Source: Parcubacteria group bacterium (GTDB lineage Bacteria > Patescibacteriota > Minisyncoccia > Moranbacterales > UBA9337). Taken from it: a DNA stretch of 64,000 nucleotides. The position numbers and the translations under genes were made by a program. Each line of letters starts with the position of its first letter. Position 1 is the first letter of the stretch. Under the pieces are notes generated by a model. That model did not search any database. It saw nothing but the letters and a program-made list of their open reading frames with translations, and was not told the DNA's origin. The stretch lies in the NCBI GenBank assembly GCA_041662245.1, contig JBAZSW010000002.1, forward strand, positions 11,835 through 75,834, in the 5' to 3' direction. This document shows, piece after piece, positions 1-9,632 of this stretch.

Positions 1-125
1 AAAAGTGCAAATACATCAAATGTATTGACAAATTGAAATATATAAAGTACTTTATATAAAAGGAATTTTAATGCAAAAGATATAAATAACGTCGAAAATA
101 TCGTCATTTATATCGAGCAAATCAT

Positions 126-866
126 ATGATGATTATCAGAGAAGAATATCTATCAAAGCTGGGATTGCCGTATGCACAGGCAAAAATATACACGCTTTTA
201 TTGGAAAAAGGTGAAATGCGGATGCAACAAATCTCCGAGAGCAGTCAAATCAAAAGAACGACAATCTATCCGATCATAAAAAAAATGATTGGTAGCGGTT
301 TAGTAGGGGTGAATATCAAAGGTCGGACGAAATATTATTTTGCAAAAAATCCAGAGATGCTCTTGGATAGAACGCGGGAACAAAAGAATTTTCTCGAAGC
401 GTTGATGCCGCAGATGGCGATGCTTTTTAATGATCACGTCCAAAACGCACACGTGCAATTTTATAATTTACCGGGGGCGATCAAAGCAGTGATAAAAGAA
501 ATAAACACTCTCAATCCGCAAAAAGATGAACTCTTGGCGATTGAAGGCGACATTGAGTCCAGTTTTAAAATCGGATTTGATTTTTGGAAGGATGTTCTCA
601 AAGAAAAAAAACGGCTTGGTATTTCTTCACGAACGATAATCCCAAGTCATGAAAAGGAAAATTTTTTATTGAAAGATCATAAGATCAAATTGCGGACAAG
701 TGCGTCTTTGCAAAATTTCAAGATGTCATTATATCTTCTCCCGCACAAAGTGATTATCATGATCCCCAGCCAAACAATGGCACTAGTTATCGAAAACCAA
801 GTAATAAAAAATGGACTGGAAGACATGTTTGAGCTAATTTGGAAAAGGGCGAAAGTTATCAAATAA
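126..866 (+). CDS. TrmB-family transcriptional regulator (N-terminal wHTH plus effector domain)
   Basis: LSKLGL...AKIYTLLLEKG...IKRTTIY..IKKM...GLV pattern typical of the TrmB HTH; TTGACA-17-TACTTT promoter at 26-54. Confidence 0.8.
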   Translation: MMIIREEYLSKLGLPYAQAKIYTLLLEKGEMRMQQISESSQIKRTTIYPIIKKMIGSGLVGVNIKGRTKYYFAKNPEMLLDRTREQKNFLEALMPQMAMLFNDHVQNAHVQFYNLPGAIKAVIKEINTLNPQKDELLAIEGDIESSFKIGFDFWKDVLKEKKRLGISSRTIIPSHEKENFLLKDHKIKLRTSASLQNFKMSLYLLPHKVIIMIPSQTMALVIENQVIKNGLEDMFELIWKRAKVIK

Positions 867-992
867 TTTAAGAATTTTTTCAGTTAGTTCTCCTTTTGAC
901 TGGGGACGCATGATGTGATAGTGTGCAATATTGAACAATGTTTCATGTGGAGATGTATTTTAAAAAACTATCAAATATACGGAGGATATGTT

Positions 993-1310
993 ATGTCACG
1001 AATAATTTCTCAAGAAAGACTGCTAAAAGATGTGTTGAGGGTTTTGAATAATCCTCTGGGAATTCCTCATCTTTCTACTGAGGAGGCATACACGAGGACG
1101 CATGATGATCATGACGGAACCTTTGAAGGCAATCTTACGACGTTTATGTTGAGGGATGGGGATATGGTTGTGACGACTGACAAACACCATGGTCCGCCTA
1201 TGCGTTTCCGAAATTATTTTGGTGGAGGACAAAGTCCGCGTGTATACAATGCGCTTAAAATTTTAGCTCTTGCGATAAAGTTGGACAATGAGGATCGTCC
1301 GCAGAGATAA
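993..1310 (+). CDS. hypothetical protein
   Basis: ORF track 915..1310; ATG at 993 preferred because GGAGG lies at 981-985; terminator-like hairpin at ~1387-1420. Confidence 0.65.
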   Translation: MSRIISQERLLKDVLRVLNNPLGIPHLSTEEAYTRTHDDHDGTFEGNLTTFMLRDGDMVVTTDKHHGPPMRFRNYFGGGQSPRVYNALKILALAIKLDNEDRPQR

Positions 1311-1560
1311 AAGAGGAACAATTAAAACAATTAAGAGTTTCTTCAAAGAAGCTCAAATATTTACATCATTCAATGTGATAAAAGAAAAAAGGCAGAAATC
1401 TAATATGATTCCTGCCTTTTATATTTTATGAGAAATTTTTTATTCCAAACTTTTCCACTGTAATTCAAAAATATTTTTTAATATATTGTGATGTTCGGGG
1501 ATTTTTTTGTAAAAATCTCATTAATTGCTAAGTTCTTTAAAAAATAGTAATATAGATACG

Positions 1561-2262
1561 ATGTATAAAGTAAAAATAGAACAATTTGAAGGTCCCTTGG
1601 ATCTCCTTTTGGAGCTTATTAATAAGGAGAAAATGGATATTACCAATATCAGTTTGGCGCAGATTGCCGATCAATATTTGGATTATTTGGAAAAGAAAGA
1701 AGATATCAATATTATGAATCTGGCTGATTTTTTAACGGTGGCTGCAAAATTGATATTGATAAAATCTAAGGCCTTGCTTCCTCTTTTGGATTTGAGTAGC
1801 GAAGAAGAAGACGAAATTTTTGATTTGGAAACGCAGTTAGAAGAATATCGTAAATTTAAATTAGCGGCGATAGAAATTGAAAAGATTTTTAATAATAAAA
1901 ATCAATCTTTTTCTCGAGATAACTTTATCGAAATAGAACCACGTTTTGCTCCACCGGAAGGAATTGGAGCCAGAGAATTAGCTAAAATTTATGAAGATAT
2001 CTTGAGTCAAATTCCGGTTTTGGAAAAACTAGAAGAAGAAAGAATCACAAAAGTTATTTCGCTTAAAGAAAGAATTGATAGTTTAAAAGAGATGCTGACG
2101 AAAAAGGTAGAAATTAATTTTAGCGAATTAGTAAAAAAAGGTGGGGATAAGGTGGAGATTATAGTTTCTTTTCTAGCGGTATTGGAAATGGTTAAAAGAA
2201 GAATCGTAATAGTGGAACAAGGAGAAATGTTTTATGAAATTAAATTAAGAAGAAAAATTTAA
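1561..2262 (+). CDS. scpA: segregation and condensation protein A (kleisin)
   Basis: FEGPLDLLLELI N-terminus and C-terminal IIVSFLAVLEMVK; adjacent to scpB. Confidence 0.95.
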   Translation: MYKVKIEQFEGPLDLLLELINKEKMDITNISLAQIADQYLDYLEKKEDINIMNLADFLTVAAKLILIKSKALLPLLDLSSEEEDEIFDLETQLEEYRKFKLAAIEIEKIFNNKNQSFSRDNFIEIEPRFAPPEGIGARELAKIYEDILSQIPVLEKLEEERITKVISLKERIDSLKEMLTKKVEINFSELVKKGGDKVEIIVSFLAVLEMVKRRIVIVEQGEMFYEIKLRRKI

Positions 2263-2296
2263 AACCCGTCAGTCGCGACTGACAGGTTAAAATATT

Positions 2297-2854
2297 ATGG
2301 AAAAAGAAAAAATAAAATCAATTATAGAAAGTATTTTATTTGCTCGTGGAGAAGAGATAAGTTTTTTGCAATTAGCTAAAGTTATCGAGGCAAAGAAAAG
2401 TGAGATAACAGTAGCAGTGGAGGAGCTAATAGATGAATATAAAGAAAATAAAAAAGGCTTTAATATTATTAAAAATGGAGAAAATATTCAATTGGTGACT
2501 AATGCGCAAAACGCCGAGTGGGTAGAAAAAACCATCAAAAGAAATTTGCAAGAAAGTTTAAGTCGGACTGCTCTAGAAGTATTGGCGATTGTGGCTTACC
2601 GTGGGCCAGTTTCTCGCGCAGATATTGAAGCTATTCGAGGAGTGAATTCCAGTTTTACCTTACGAAACTTATTGATGAGAGGGTTAATTATTAAAAATAC
2701 TAATGAGAACGATCAGCGTGGTTATCTCTATAATATTTCTGTAGAATTTATTAAAAAAATGGGATTGGGACAAATAGAAGAACTTCCTAATTATGAAAAT
2801 TTGTCCAAAGATAAAAGAGTGGAATCGATTATTAATTTAAATGTAGAAAAATAA
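2297..2854 (+). CDS. scpB: segregation and condensation protein B
   Basis: IESILFA, LSRTALEVLAIVAYRGPVSRADIEAIRGVNS motifs. Confidence 0.95.
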   Translation: MEKEKIKSIIESILFARGEEISFLQLAKVIEAKKSEITVAVEELIDEYKENKKGFNIIKNGENIQLVTNAQNAEWVEKTIKRNLQESLSRTALEVLAIVAYRGPVSRADIEAIRGVNSSFTLRNLLMRGLIIKNTNENDQRGYLYNISVEFIKKMGLGQIEELPNYENLSKDKRVESIINLNVEK

Positions 2855-2860
2855 GCTATT

Positions 2861-3907
2861 ATGGCAAGAAAAATATTTTCAATAAAAATATTAAGTTTGA
2901 TTATTTTTTTGATTTTGTGTGGAGGGGCTTTTTATAAAGGAAAATTTTTGATAGAAAAATATATTTTTAAAAATAATAATGAGAAGCTGGCGACTCCTAT
3001 GGTGATGGGTGAGACAGATTGTAAAGACGAAACTAGTGAAGAATCCTTGGTGAGTAAATACAATTTTCCTGTGGCATCTTATATTCCCGTAAAGAAAGCA
3101 CAAGCGGCTGATTTGACAATATCTAGAGCACACTCTTCTATTATTTTAGATGCAGATAGCGGAACAATTTTGCATTTTGAAAATGCCAAAGAAGAAAGAC
3201 AGATTGCTTCTCTGACAAAGATAATGACAGCTATTTTAGTGGTGGAAAATATAAAAGATTTAGAAAATGAGGCGGTGACTATCGATGAGGAAGCTGTTTA
3301 TGCTGATGGTACTAAAATTGGATGCCCTTCATCAGGAAATTGCATCGGCAATCGTCTCAAGATTGGAGAGGTGATATCGGTTAGCTCTCTTTTTAAAGCA
3401 ATGCTTATGAATAGCGCTAATGATTCAGCCATCGCACTAGCTAAACATATTGGAGGAACTCAGGAAAAATTTGCAGAAATGATGAACGACAAAGTTAAGG
3501 AGTTAGGGCTTAAAAATTCTCATTTCATGACTCCTTCGGGACTTGAAATTGATGGCAAAGAAACTGAAGGCTATTCGAGTGCTTATGATATAGCGAGGAT
3601 TACGGCTTATTCAATGCGGTACAAAATAATTTGGGATACATTTAGAATGCGAAATACTACTATTTATTCTATGGATGGCAAGACATCTCATGATATAATA
3701 AACACAGATAGATTATTAGATGAAATGCCTCAATGCCTAGGAACTAAAACTGGTTTTACTCCACTGGCGGGGAAATCTTTAATGTTGGCTGCTGAAGATA
3801 GCACTAAAAAACATAGAATTATAGCAGTGGTTTTGGATGATCCTTATATGTGGGAAGATATTAAGGAAATGGCTTATTGGGCGTTTAGTTCCTATAATTG
3901 GCAGTAA
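2861..3907 (+). CDS. D-alanyl-D-alanine carboxypeptidase (peptidase S11)
   Basis: N-terminal TM; SxxK (ASLTK), SxN (SAND) and KTG motifs. Confidence 0.9.
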   Translation: MARKIFSIKILSLIIFLILCGGAFYKGKFLIEKYIFKNNNEKLATPMVMGETDCKDETSEESLVSKYNFPVASYIPVKKAQAADLTISRAHSSIILDADSGTILHFENAKEERQIASLTKIMTAILVVENIKDLENEAVTIDEEAVYADGTKIGCPSSGNCIGNRLKIGEVISVSSLFKAMLMNSANDSAIALAKHIGGTQEKFAEMMNDKVKELGLKNSHFMTPSGLEIDGKETEGYSSAYDIARITAYSMRYKIIWDTFRMRNTTIYSMDGKTSHDIINTDRLLDEMPQCLGTKTGFTPLAGKSLMLAAEDSTKKHRIIAVVLDDPYMWEDIKEMAYWAFSSYNWQ

Positions 3908-3910
3908 AAT

Positions 3911-4065
3911 TAGTAACTAGTAACTCGTAATCAGTAACTAGTAATTAGTAATTATTAATAATTGACACTGAAATTAAAAGTGTATATTATGCTAATATTT
4001 TTTAATAAAGTAAAATTTTATCAGTTGCGAGTTACTAGCTACGAGTTACTAGTTACTAGCTACTA
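3911..4065. repeat. two inverted arrays of degenerate 7-bp repeats (6x TAGTAAC-like, 6x GTTACTA-like) flanking the murG promoter
   Basis: Units at 3911-3952 and reverse-complement units at 4024-4065. Confidence 0.9.
3962..3990 (+). promoter_or_regulatory. sigma70-type promoter for murG
   Basis: TTGACA-17bp-TATTAT. Confidence 0.7.
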
Positions 4066-4071
4066 AATATT

Positions 4072-5178
4072 ATGGCGAGAATAGTTTTAACTGGTGGAGG
4101 AACAGGTGGACACATTTTTCCTCTAATATCGGTAGTGGAAAAATTAAGAGAAAAAGATAAAAACATCGAACTATTATATTTAGGATCAGGTGGGGAATTG
4201 GAAAGAAGAATCATGAAAGAAAATTCTATTGATACTAAATATATAATGAGTGGAAAAATGAGAAGGTATTTCTCTTTAGCTAACGTGATTGATTTCTTTA
4301 AAATACCTATGGGAATCATTCAAGCTCTGTGGCAACTTTTGTGGTATATGCCGGACGTAGTTTTCTCTAAAGGGGGATATGTTTCTGTGCCGGTCGCTTT
4401 GGCGGCTTGGGCTTATTCTATTCCAATTTTAACCCATGAATCAGATGCGATGCCGGGATTAGCTAATCGAATTATCGGAGTAATCTCGCAAAGGATTGCC
4501 ATCTCTTATCCTCACACTAGTAGATATTTTTCTGAGAAAAAGATTCTCTTAACTGGAAATCCTATTAGAACTGATATTGCCAAAGGAGATAAAAGTGTTT
4601 TTTTGGAGAGATTTGCTTTAACTGAGTCTAAGCCGATCATCCTTATCTTGGGGGGCAGTCAGGGTGCACGTAATATCAATGTTGCTATCACTAGTATATT
4701 GAAAGATTTAGTGAGAATCGCTCAAATTATCCATCAGACAGGAGAGGCTAATTATGACGAAACGGTTAAACTTGCTAGGATGGCGGGAATAAAGGAAAAT
4801 CATGATGGTTATTATCCCATTCCTTTTATCAGTTCAGCGGATATGAAAAATGCGTTAAGTGTAGCTGATATAGTTATCAGCAGGGCGGGAGCCAACTCTA
4901 TTTCCGAAATAGCTGCTAATGCAAAGCCAGCAATTTTAATTCCTTTGTCGACAGCTGCCAATAATCATCAAGGAATGAATGCTTATTTTATTACAGAAAA
5001 AGGAGGAGCAATTGTTCTAGAAGAATCTAACATTGGCAGAAGTATGCTGATTCAAAAAATAGAAAAACTTTTAGCTGATAAAAAGGCAATGGAGAAACTA
5101 TCGGAAAATATAAAAGAATTTTATCATGCCGATGCTTCAGATAAGATAGCTCAGGGAATTCTTGATTTAGCTCGATAA
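4072..5178 (+). CDS. murG: MurG GlcNAc transferase
   Basis: GGGTGGH, KGGYVS, HESDAMPGLAN, GGSQGA, SRAGA motifs. Confidence 0.97.
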   Translation: MARIVLTGGGTGGHIFPLISVVEKLREKDKNIELLYLGSGGELERRIMKENSIDTKYIMSGKMRRYFSLANVIDFFKIPMGIIQALWQLLWYMPDVVFSKGGYVSVPVALAAWAYSIPILTHESDAMPGLANRIIGVISQRIAISYPHTSRYFSEKKILLTGNPIRTDIAKGDKSVFLERFALTESKPIILILGGSQGARNINVAITSILKDLVRIAQIIHQTGEANYDETVKLARMAGIKENHDGYYPIPFISSADMKNALSVADIVISRAGANSISEIAANAKPAILIPLSTAANNHQGMNAYFITEKGGAIVLEESNIGRSMLIQKIEKLLADKKAMEKLSENIKEFYHADASDKIAQGILDLAR

Positions 5179-5229
5179 TTGTAGTACGGTGATGAATTGA
5201 GAGGCTTTCTGAAATTTTTTGTTTTAGGT

Positions 5230-5317
5230 GTTTCTAAAAATATCATTTTTTCTCGCCTTTTACATCCGCATCGGTAGTTTGAAAAAATAATATTTTTCAG
5301 AAACTAAAGTTATGGTA
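5230..5317 (+). repeat. long imperfect hairpin, diverged relative of the 149-bp element core
   Basis: GTTTCTAAAAATA...TATTTTTCAGAAAC stem followed by GTTATGGTA (GTTATAGTA in the 149-bp element). Confidence 0.5.
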
Positions 5318-5348
5318 GCTTAAGCACTAAAATGTCGCTAATTTGAAT

Positions 5349-5382
5349 AATCAAGTGGCTTAAAATAACAACCATTAAGCTA
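5349..5382 (+). repeat. dispersed 34-bp repeat, copy 1 (copy 2 at 59073-59106)
   Basis: AATCAAGTGGCTTAAAATAACAACCATTAAGCTA; one mismatch to the other copy. Confidence 0.85.
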
Positions 5383-5424
5383 GGCGGACAGGAACGATTC
5401 AAAGAATTATTTTATTATAAAATT

Positions 5425-6816
5425 ATGAAGCAAAAGATTTATATAATAAGCATTGAAGGAGCAGGAACCTCGGCCTTAGCTGTGATATATAAAAAATTAG
5501 GATTTGTCGTTGCTGGTTCAGATAATGGTGACCATTTTTATAGAGATATAATGAAAAATAATAGTATTGAAGTTTTTGATGAATATAGTGCTGGTAATAT
5601 TGATAAAAGTATTGATAAAATAATTTATTCTACTTGTGTAAGCGAAAGTAATCCAGAATTTCAAGAAGCTAAAAGAAGAGGAATTCCAATGATGAGCTAC
5701 CCAGAGGCTTTAGCGGAACTTTTCAATCAAAAAATGGGTATTGCAGTTTGCGGAACCCATGGTAAAACTACTACTACTGCTATTTTGGCTTCAGTTTTTA
5801 AAGAATTAGGATTGAAGCCCAGCGCCTTAGTAGGGAGTAAAGTGAAAGATTGGAAAGGAAGTAGCTTAGCGGGCAGTGGCGATTATTTTATCATTGAGGC
5901 TGATGAATATCAAAATAAATTAAAAAATTATAATCCTTGGTCGGTGGTATTAACTAGTATTGATTATGACCATCCGGATTTTTATCCAACTTTTGAGGAT
6001 TACAAGCAAGCCTTTATTGATTTTGTAAAAAAAATTCCTCGGCATGGATTTTTGGTGTATTGTAACGATGATAGTGATGTAGTGGAGGTGGCCAAGAATG
6101 CAATTTGCCAAAAAATTAGCTATGGTTTTAGCGAGGGGAGTATGTGTAAAATTGAGAACTATGATTTTCAAATTAACAACTTTCAATTGAATAATAGTGT
6201 AGGTCAATCTTTTGAAGTTTTTTCTAAAGATAAATCTCTTGGCAAATTTAAGATTGCTCTTCCCGGAAAGCACAATGCACTTAATGCTACGGCAGTAATT
6301 GCCATGTGCAATAAACTTAATTTAAATAATCTGAGAGTGGCTGATGCATTAAAAACATTTCAAGGAACCGTAAGGAGATTCGAATATATTGGAGAAAGTA
6401 AAGGAGCTATTTTAATTGATGATTATGCGCATCATCCCGAAGAAATAAAAACTACTTTAAAAACAGCGAGAAACATATTTCCTCAAAAAAATATTGTTAC
6501 AATTTTTCATCCGCATTCTTTTAGTCGTACAGAAGCATTATTGAGCGAATTTTCTCAAAGTTTTGACAATAGCGATGAGGTTATCGTTTTGGATATTTAT
6601 GGAAGTGCCAGAGAGAGTTCGGGTAATGTTAGCTCACAAGATTTAGTGAGGCTAATTAACAGATATAATCCAAAAAAAGCTCAATATGTACCCACTATTG
6701 AAGAAGCGACAGAAATTCTTCGTAACAGGATAGGGGAAAACGATTTGGTAATATCAATGGGAGCGGGGGACGTCTGGAGGGTAACGCAAGGACTCAAAAA
6801 TAAATATAAAGCGTAA
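5425..6816 (+). CDS. murC: UDP-N-acetylmuramate--L-alanine ligase
   Basis: GTHGKTTT, EADEY, DYDHPD, RRFE, DDYAHHP, MGAGD; in the mur cluster. Confidence 0.93.
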   Translation: MKQKIYIISIEGAGTSALAVIYKKLGFVVAGSDNGDHFYRDIMKNNSIEVFDEYSAGNIDKSIDKIIYSTCVSESNPEFQEAKRRGIPMMSYPEALAELFNQKMGIAVCGTHGKTTTTAILASVFKELGLKPSALVGSKVKDWKGSSLAGSGDYFIIEADEYQNKLKNYNPWSVVLTSIDYDHPDFYPTFEDYKQAFIDFVKKIPRHGFLVYCNDDSDVVEVAKNAICQKISYGFSEGSMCKIENYDFQINNFQLNNSVGQSFEVFSKDKSLGKFKIALPGKHNALNATAVIAMCNKLNLNNLRVADALKTFQGTVRRFEYIGESKGAILIDDYAHHPEEIKTTLKTARNIFPQKNIVTIFHPHSFSRTEALLSEFSQSFDNSDEVIVLDIYGSARESSGNVSSQDLVRLINRYNPKKAQYVPTIEEATEILRNRIGENDLVISMGAGDVWRVTQGLKNKYKA

Positions 6817-7040
6817 GTATAGTTTTTAAAATTTATAAGGTTCGTAAAGTCATAAAGTTTTAGATATATATAAAATTTTATGTAGAAACGTGGTGTTGTT
6901 ATATATTTTTTAGACGTAATAAGTTGCCTTTCTGCAGCCTTTATTTTTTTATGTTGCATAATTAGAGGGTCGTGCCAAAGCACTCCAGATGTGCTATAAT
7001 GTACGCAGTAGAGGGTTAAATTTTAAAGAGTGGGCCCATT

Positions 7041-7208
7041 ATGAAAAAGGAGATAAGAAAATTGAATAGAACCTCTAAACATAGTTATTCGGTGGTTATC
7101 CCTAAAGATATAGTTAGAAAATACAAATGGAGAGAGCGGCAGAGACTGATTATAGAGGACAAAGGCAAAGGAATTTTGACTATTTGTGATTTAAAAAGAG
7201 GTAAATGA
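7041..7208 (+). CDS. small AbrB/MazE/SpoVT-like DNA-binding protein (55 aa, absent from the ORF track)
   Basis: Manual translation MKKEIRKLNRTSKHSYSVVIPKDIVRKYKWRERQRLIIEDKGKGILTICDLKRGK; SxxVxIP swapped-hairpin pattern. Confidence 0.75.
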   Translation: MKKEIRKLNRTSKHSYSVVIPKDIVRKYKWRERQRLIIEDKGKGILTICDLKRGK

Positions 7209-7224
7209 AAATATAAATTGGATA

Positions 7225-8160
7225 ATGAATATGGAAATTCAAAAAGATGTTCCCTTGGCTCCTTACACTACTTTTAAAATAGGTGGGAATTCTAAATTTT
7301 TTACAGAAGCTAGGAATAGAGAGGAGATAAAAGAAGCAGTAAATTATGCTCAGAATAATAATCTTAAAATATTTGTATTGGGAGGAGGATCAAATGTTTT
7401 AGTTAGCGATAAAGGATTTGATGGATTGGTGATAAAAATAAAAAATAATGAGATAAAGGTTGATGATATGGAGATAAGTTGTGATGCGGGCGTATCTTTG
7501 ATGAATTTAGTAAATTTTTCAGTAAAAAATGATTTGGTAGGATTGGAATGGGCGGCAGGCATCCCTGGGACAGTGGGTGGCGCGATAAGAGGTAATGCGG
7601 GCGCTTTTGGTGGAGAAATAAAAAATTCTGTAGTAGAAATTGAAGTGTTGGATATAAATAAAAATCCTCTAGAAATAGTAACTTATGATAATAATGAATG
7701 TAAATTTAGCTACAGAAGTAGTATTGTCAAAGAAAACGAAAATTTAATCTTAATTTCAGTTAGACTAAGGCTAAAGAAAAGAGCAGATGAAAATAGCCAA
7801 GATATGATAAAAGAGATAATTGAAAAAAGATTAGCAAGTCAGCCTTCGGAAGCGAGTGCGGGGAGTTTCTTTAAAAATCCCATAGTTACCAAGGATGCAA
7901 TTATTGAAAAATTTCAACATGACACAGAGATGAAAATGAGAGGAGATAAATTGCCAGCGGGATGGTTTATCGATGATCTAGGTTTTAAAGGAAAAAAAAT
8001 TGGAGGAGCTCAGGTAAGCGAGAAGCATGCTAATTTTATTATTAATATAGAAAACGCTAAGGCGGAGGATATAATAATTTTAAGCAGTTTTTTGAAGCAA
8101 AAAGTGCGGGATAGTTATGGGGTGCAGTTAGAGGAGGAAGTGAGCAAGTTGGGTTTTTAA
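7225..8160 (+). CDS. murB: UDP-N-acetylenolpyruvoylglucosamine reductase
   Basis: TTFKIGG, LGGGSN, GIPGTVGGA, SAGSFFKNP, KHANF. Confidence 0.97.
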   Translation: MNMEIQKDVPLAPYTTFKIGGNSKFFTEARNREEIKEAVNYAQNNNLKIFVLGGGSNVLVSDKGFDGLVIKIKNNEIKVDDMEISCDAGVSLMNLVNFSVKNDLVGLEWAAGIPGTVGGAIRGNAGAFGGEIKNSVVEIEVLDINKNPLEIVTYDNNECKFSYRSSIVKENENLILISVRLRLKKRADENSQDMIKEIIEKRLASQPSEASAGSFFKNPIVTKDAIIEKFQHDTEMKMRGDKLPAGWFIDDLGFKGKKIGGAQVSEKHANFIINIENAKAEDIIILSSFLKQKVRDSYGVQLEEEVSKLGF

Positions 8161-8225
8161 AAAATAATGATTAATTAAGATAAATTTATATATTTAAGGA
8201 ATATATAAAAATTATCTATAAAGGT

Positions 8226-8576
8226 ATGAACATAAAATATTTGTACAAAAATGTTACGATAATGGATAAACAAAGAGATTACATTGAAAAAAGATTGCTT
8301 TCAATCAAAAAGGTGGTAGATAATATCATAAAAACTGAAGTAGAGGTGGATATGGATAAAAAAGGACTTTTCCGAGTAGAAGTAATGATTCATACTCCTC
8401 GAGATATGTTTCGAGCAGAGGAAACCACAGATAGTGTAGAGGGCTCTATCGATTTGGTAGTAGAAGAATTAAAAACTCAAATTACTAGAAAAAAAGATAA
8501 AATCTGGACTAAAATTATGCGAGGTGCTCGTTCGGTAAAAAAAATGATATCGATTGATAAGGATGCAAGATTTTAA
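8226..8576 (+). CDS. hpf: ribosome hibernation promoting factor / RaiA
   Basis: YIEKRL...EV.I......RAEE...SIDLVVEEL..QI..KK pattern, 116 aa. Confidence 0.85.
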   Translation: MNIKYLYKNVTIMDKQRDYIEKRLLSIKKVVDNIIKTEVEVDMDKKGLFRVEVMIHTPRDMFRAEETTDSVEGSIDLVVEELKTQITRKKDKIWTKIMRGARSVKKMISIDKDARF

Positions 8577-8921
8577 GTCAATTAAAAATATAGGAATATA
8601 GGAATATGGGAATCTAATATTTCAGAAATATTCTCGATAAAGAAACAAGATACAAGAAACAAGGATACAAACAAAAAACAAATTAAAAATTACAAAAAGA
8701 AGCGGTTTTTTAGTTGAATATTGGAATTTGAACATTGTCTGGAAATTGTTTCTTGTATCCTTGTTTTTTCGCTCCTTTATTTTTTTATGTTCATTTGTTT
8801 TAATGTTACTTTGTTAATATATTAACGTGTTAAAATGCTACGCTATTGACTTTTTCTCTAAAAAATATATCATTAAGTCTGTGGTCATTTGGGACTGGGT
8901 AATTTTTGATTTACTAAAAAT

Positions 8922-9230
8922 ATGTTGGCAATTATAAAAACTGGAGGAAAACAGTATAAAATCGAAGAAGGGGATAAGATTAAGATTGAAAAAATTGATG
9001 GTCAGGAAGGCGACAAAGTTGAATTTTCTGAAGTTTTATTTCTAGGGGACGAAAAATCAGTTAAAATTGGAACTCCCTTGTTAGAAGGAATAAAAATTGA
9101 AGGAAAAATTTTATCTCAAGGAAAAGGCAAAAAAGTTTGGGGAATTAAACACAAAGCCAAAAAGAGATACAAGGTAAAATTTGGTCATCGTCAAGAAGTT
9201 ACTGAAGTGGAGATTGTGAAGGTGGGATAA
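8922..9230 (+). CDS. rplU: 50S ribosomal protein L21
   Basis: AIIKTGGKQYK...GHRQ. Confidence 0.97.
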   Translation: MLAIIKTGGKQYKIEEGDKIKIEKIDGQEGDKVEFSEVLFLGDEKSVKIGTPLLEGIKIEGKILSQGKGKKVWGIKHKAKKRYKVKFGHRQEVTEVEIVKVG

Positions 9231-9251
9231 TTTTGAAAAATTGAATACTTT

Positions 9252-9282
9252 AAAACTCTCTGCAAAAGTGGAGAGTTTTTTT
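9252..9282 (+). terminator. intrinsic terminator after rplU
   Basis: AAAACTCTCTGC-AAAA-GTGGAGAGTTTT plus T-run. Confidence 0.7.
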
Positions 9283-9387
9283 GTGTTCTCTACTAAGTGC
9301 GAATTCATACGAATATACGAACTGGGGATAAAAACAAAACAAGACTCGATCCAAGATTGGACGCGAGTCTGGGTAGAGATTTAATTA

Positions 9388-9579
9388 TCAGACGTCATCG
9401 CAAAAATCGACCGGAACACATTCGTCAATATCAGGTTCTTCGTACAATGCAAGGGACTTAATCAATAAAATTATTTCTGAATTTGACAATGGCATACCCC
9501 CATCTTTTTGGCTAAATCTGGCAAGGCTTAAAGTTGGACGGAGTGGACGATGTGAGAAAACTAGTATTTCGGTGGACAT
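9388..9579 (-). CDS. small hypothetical protein (63 aa)
   Basis: ATG at 9579 preceded by AGGAGG; downstream hairpin at ~9342-9370. Confidence 0.45.
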   Translation of the reverse strand: MSTEILVFSHRPLRPTLSLARFSQKDGGMPLSNSEIILLIKSLALYEEPDIDECVPVDFCDDV

Positions 9580-9632
9580 ATTGGATACCCCTCCTATGTG
9601 GAGTTGATAAGAAAAAATACTTTGCAATTACC

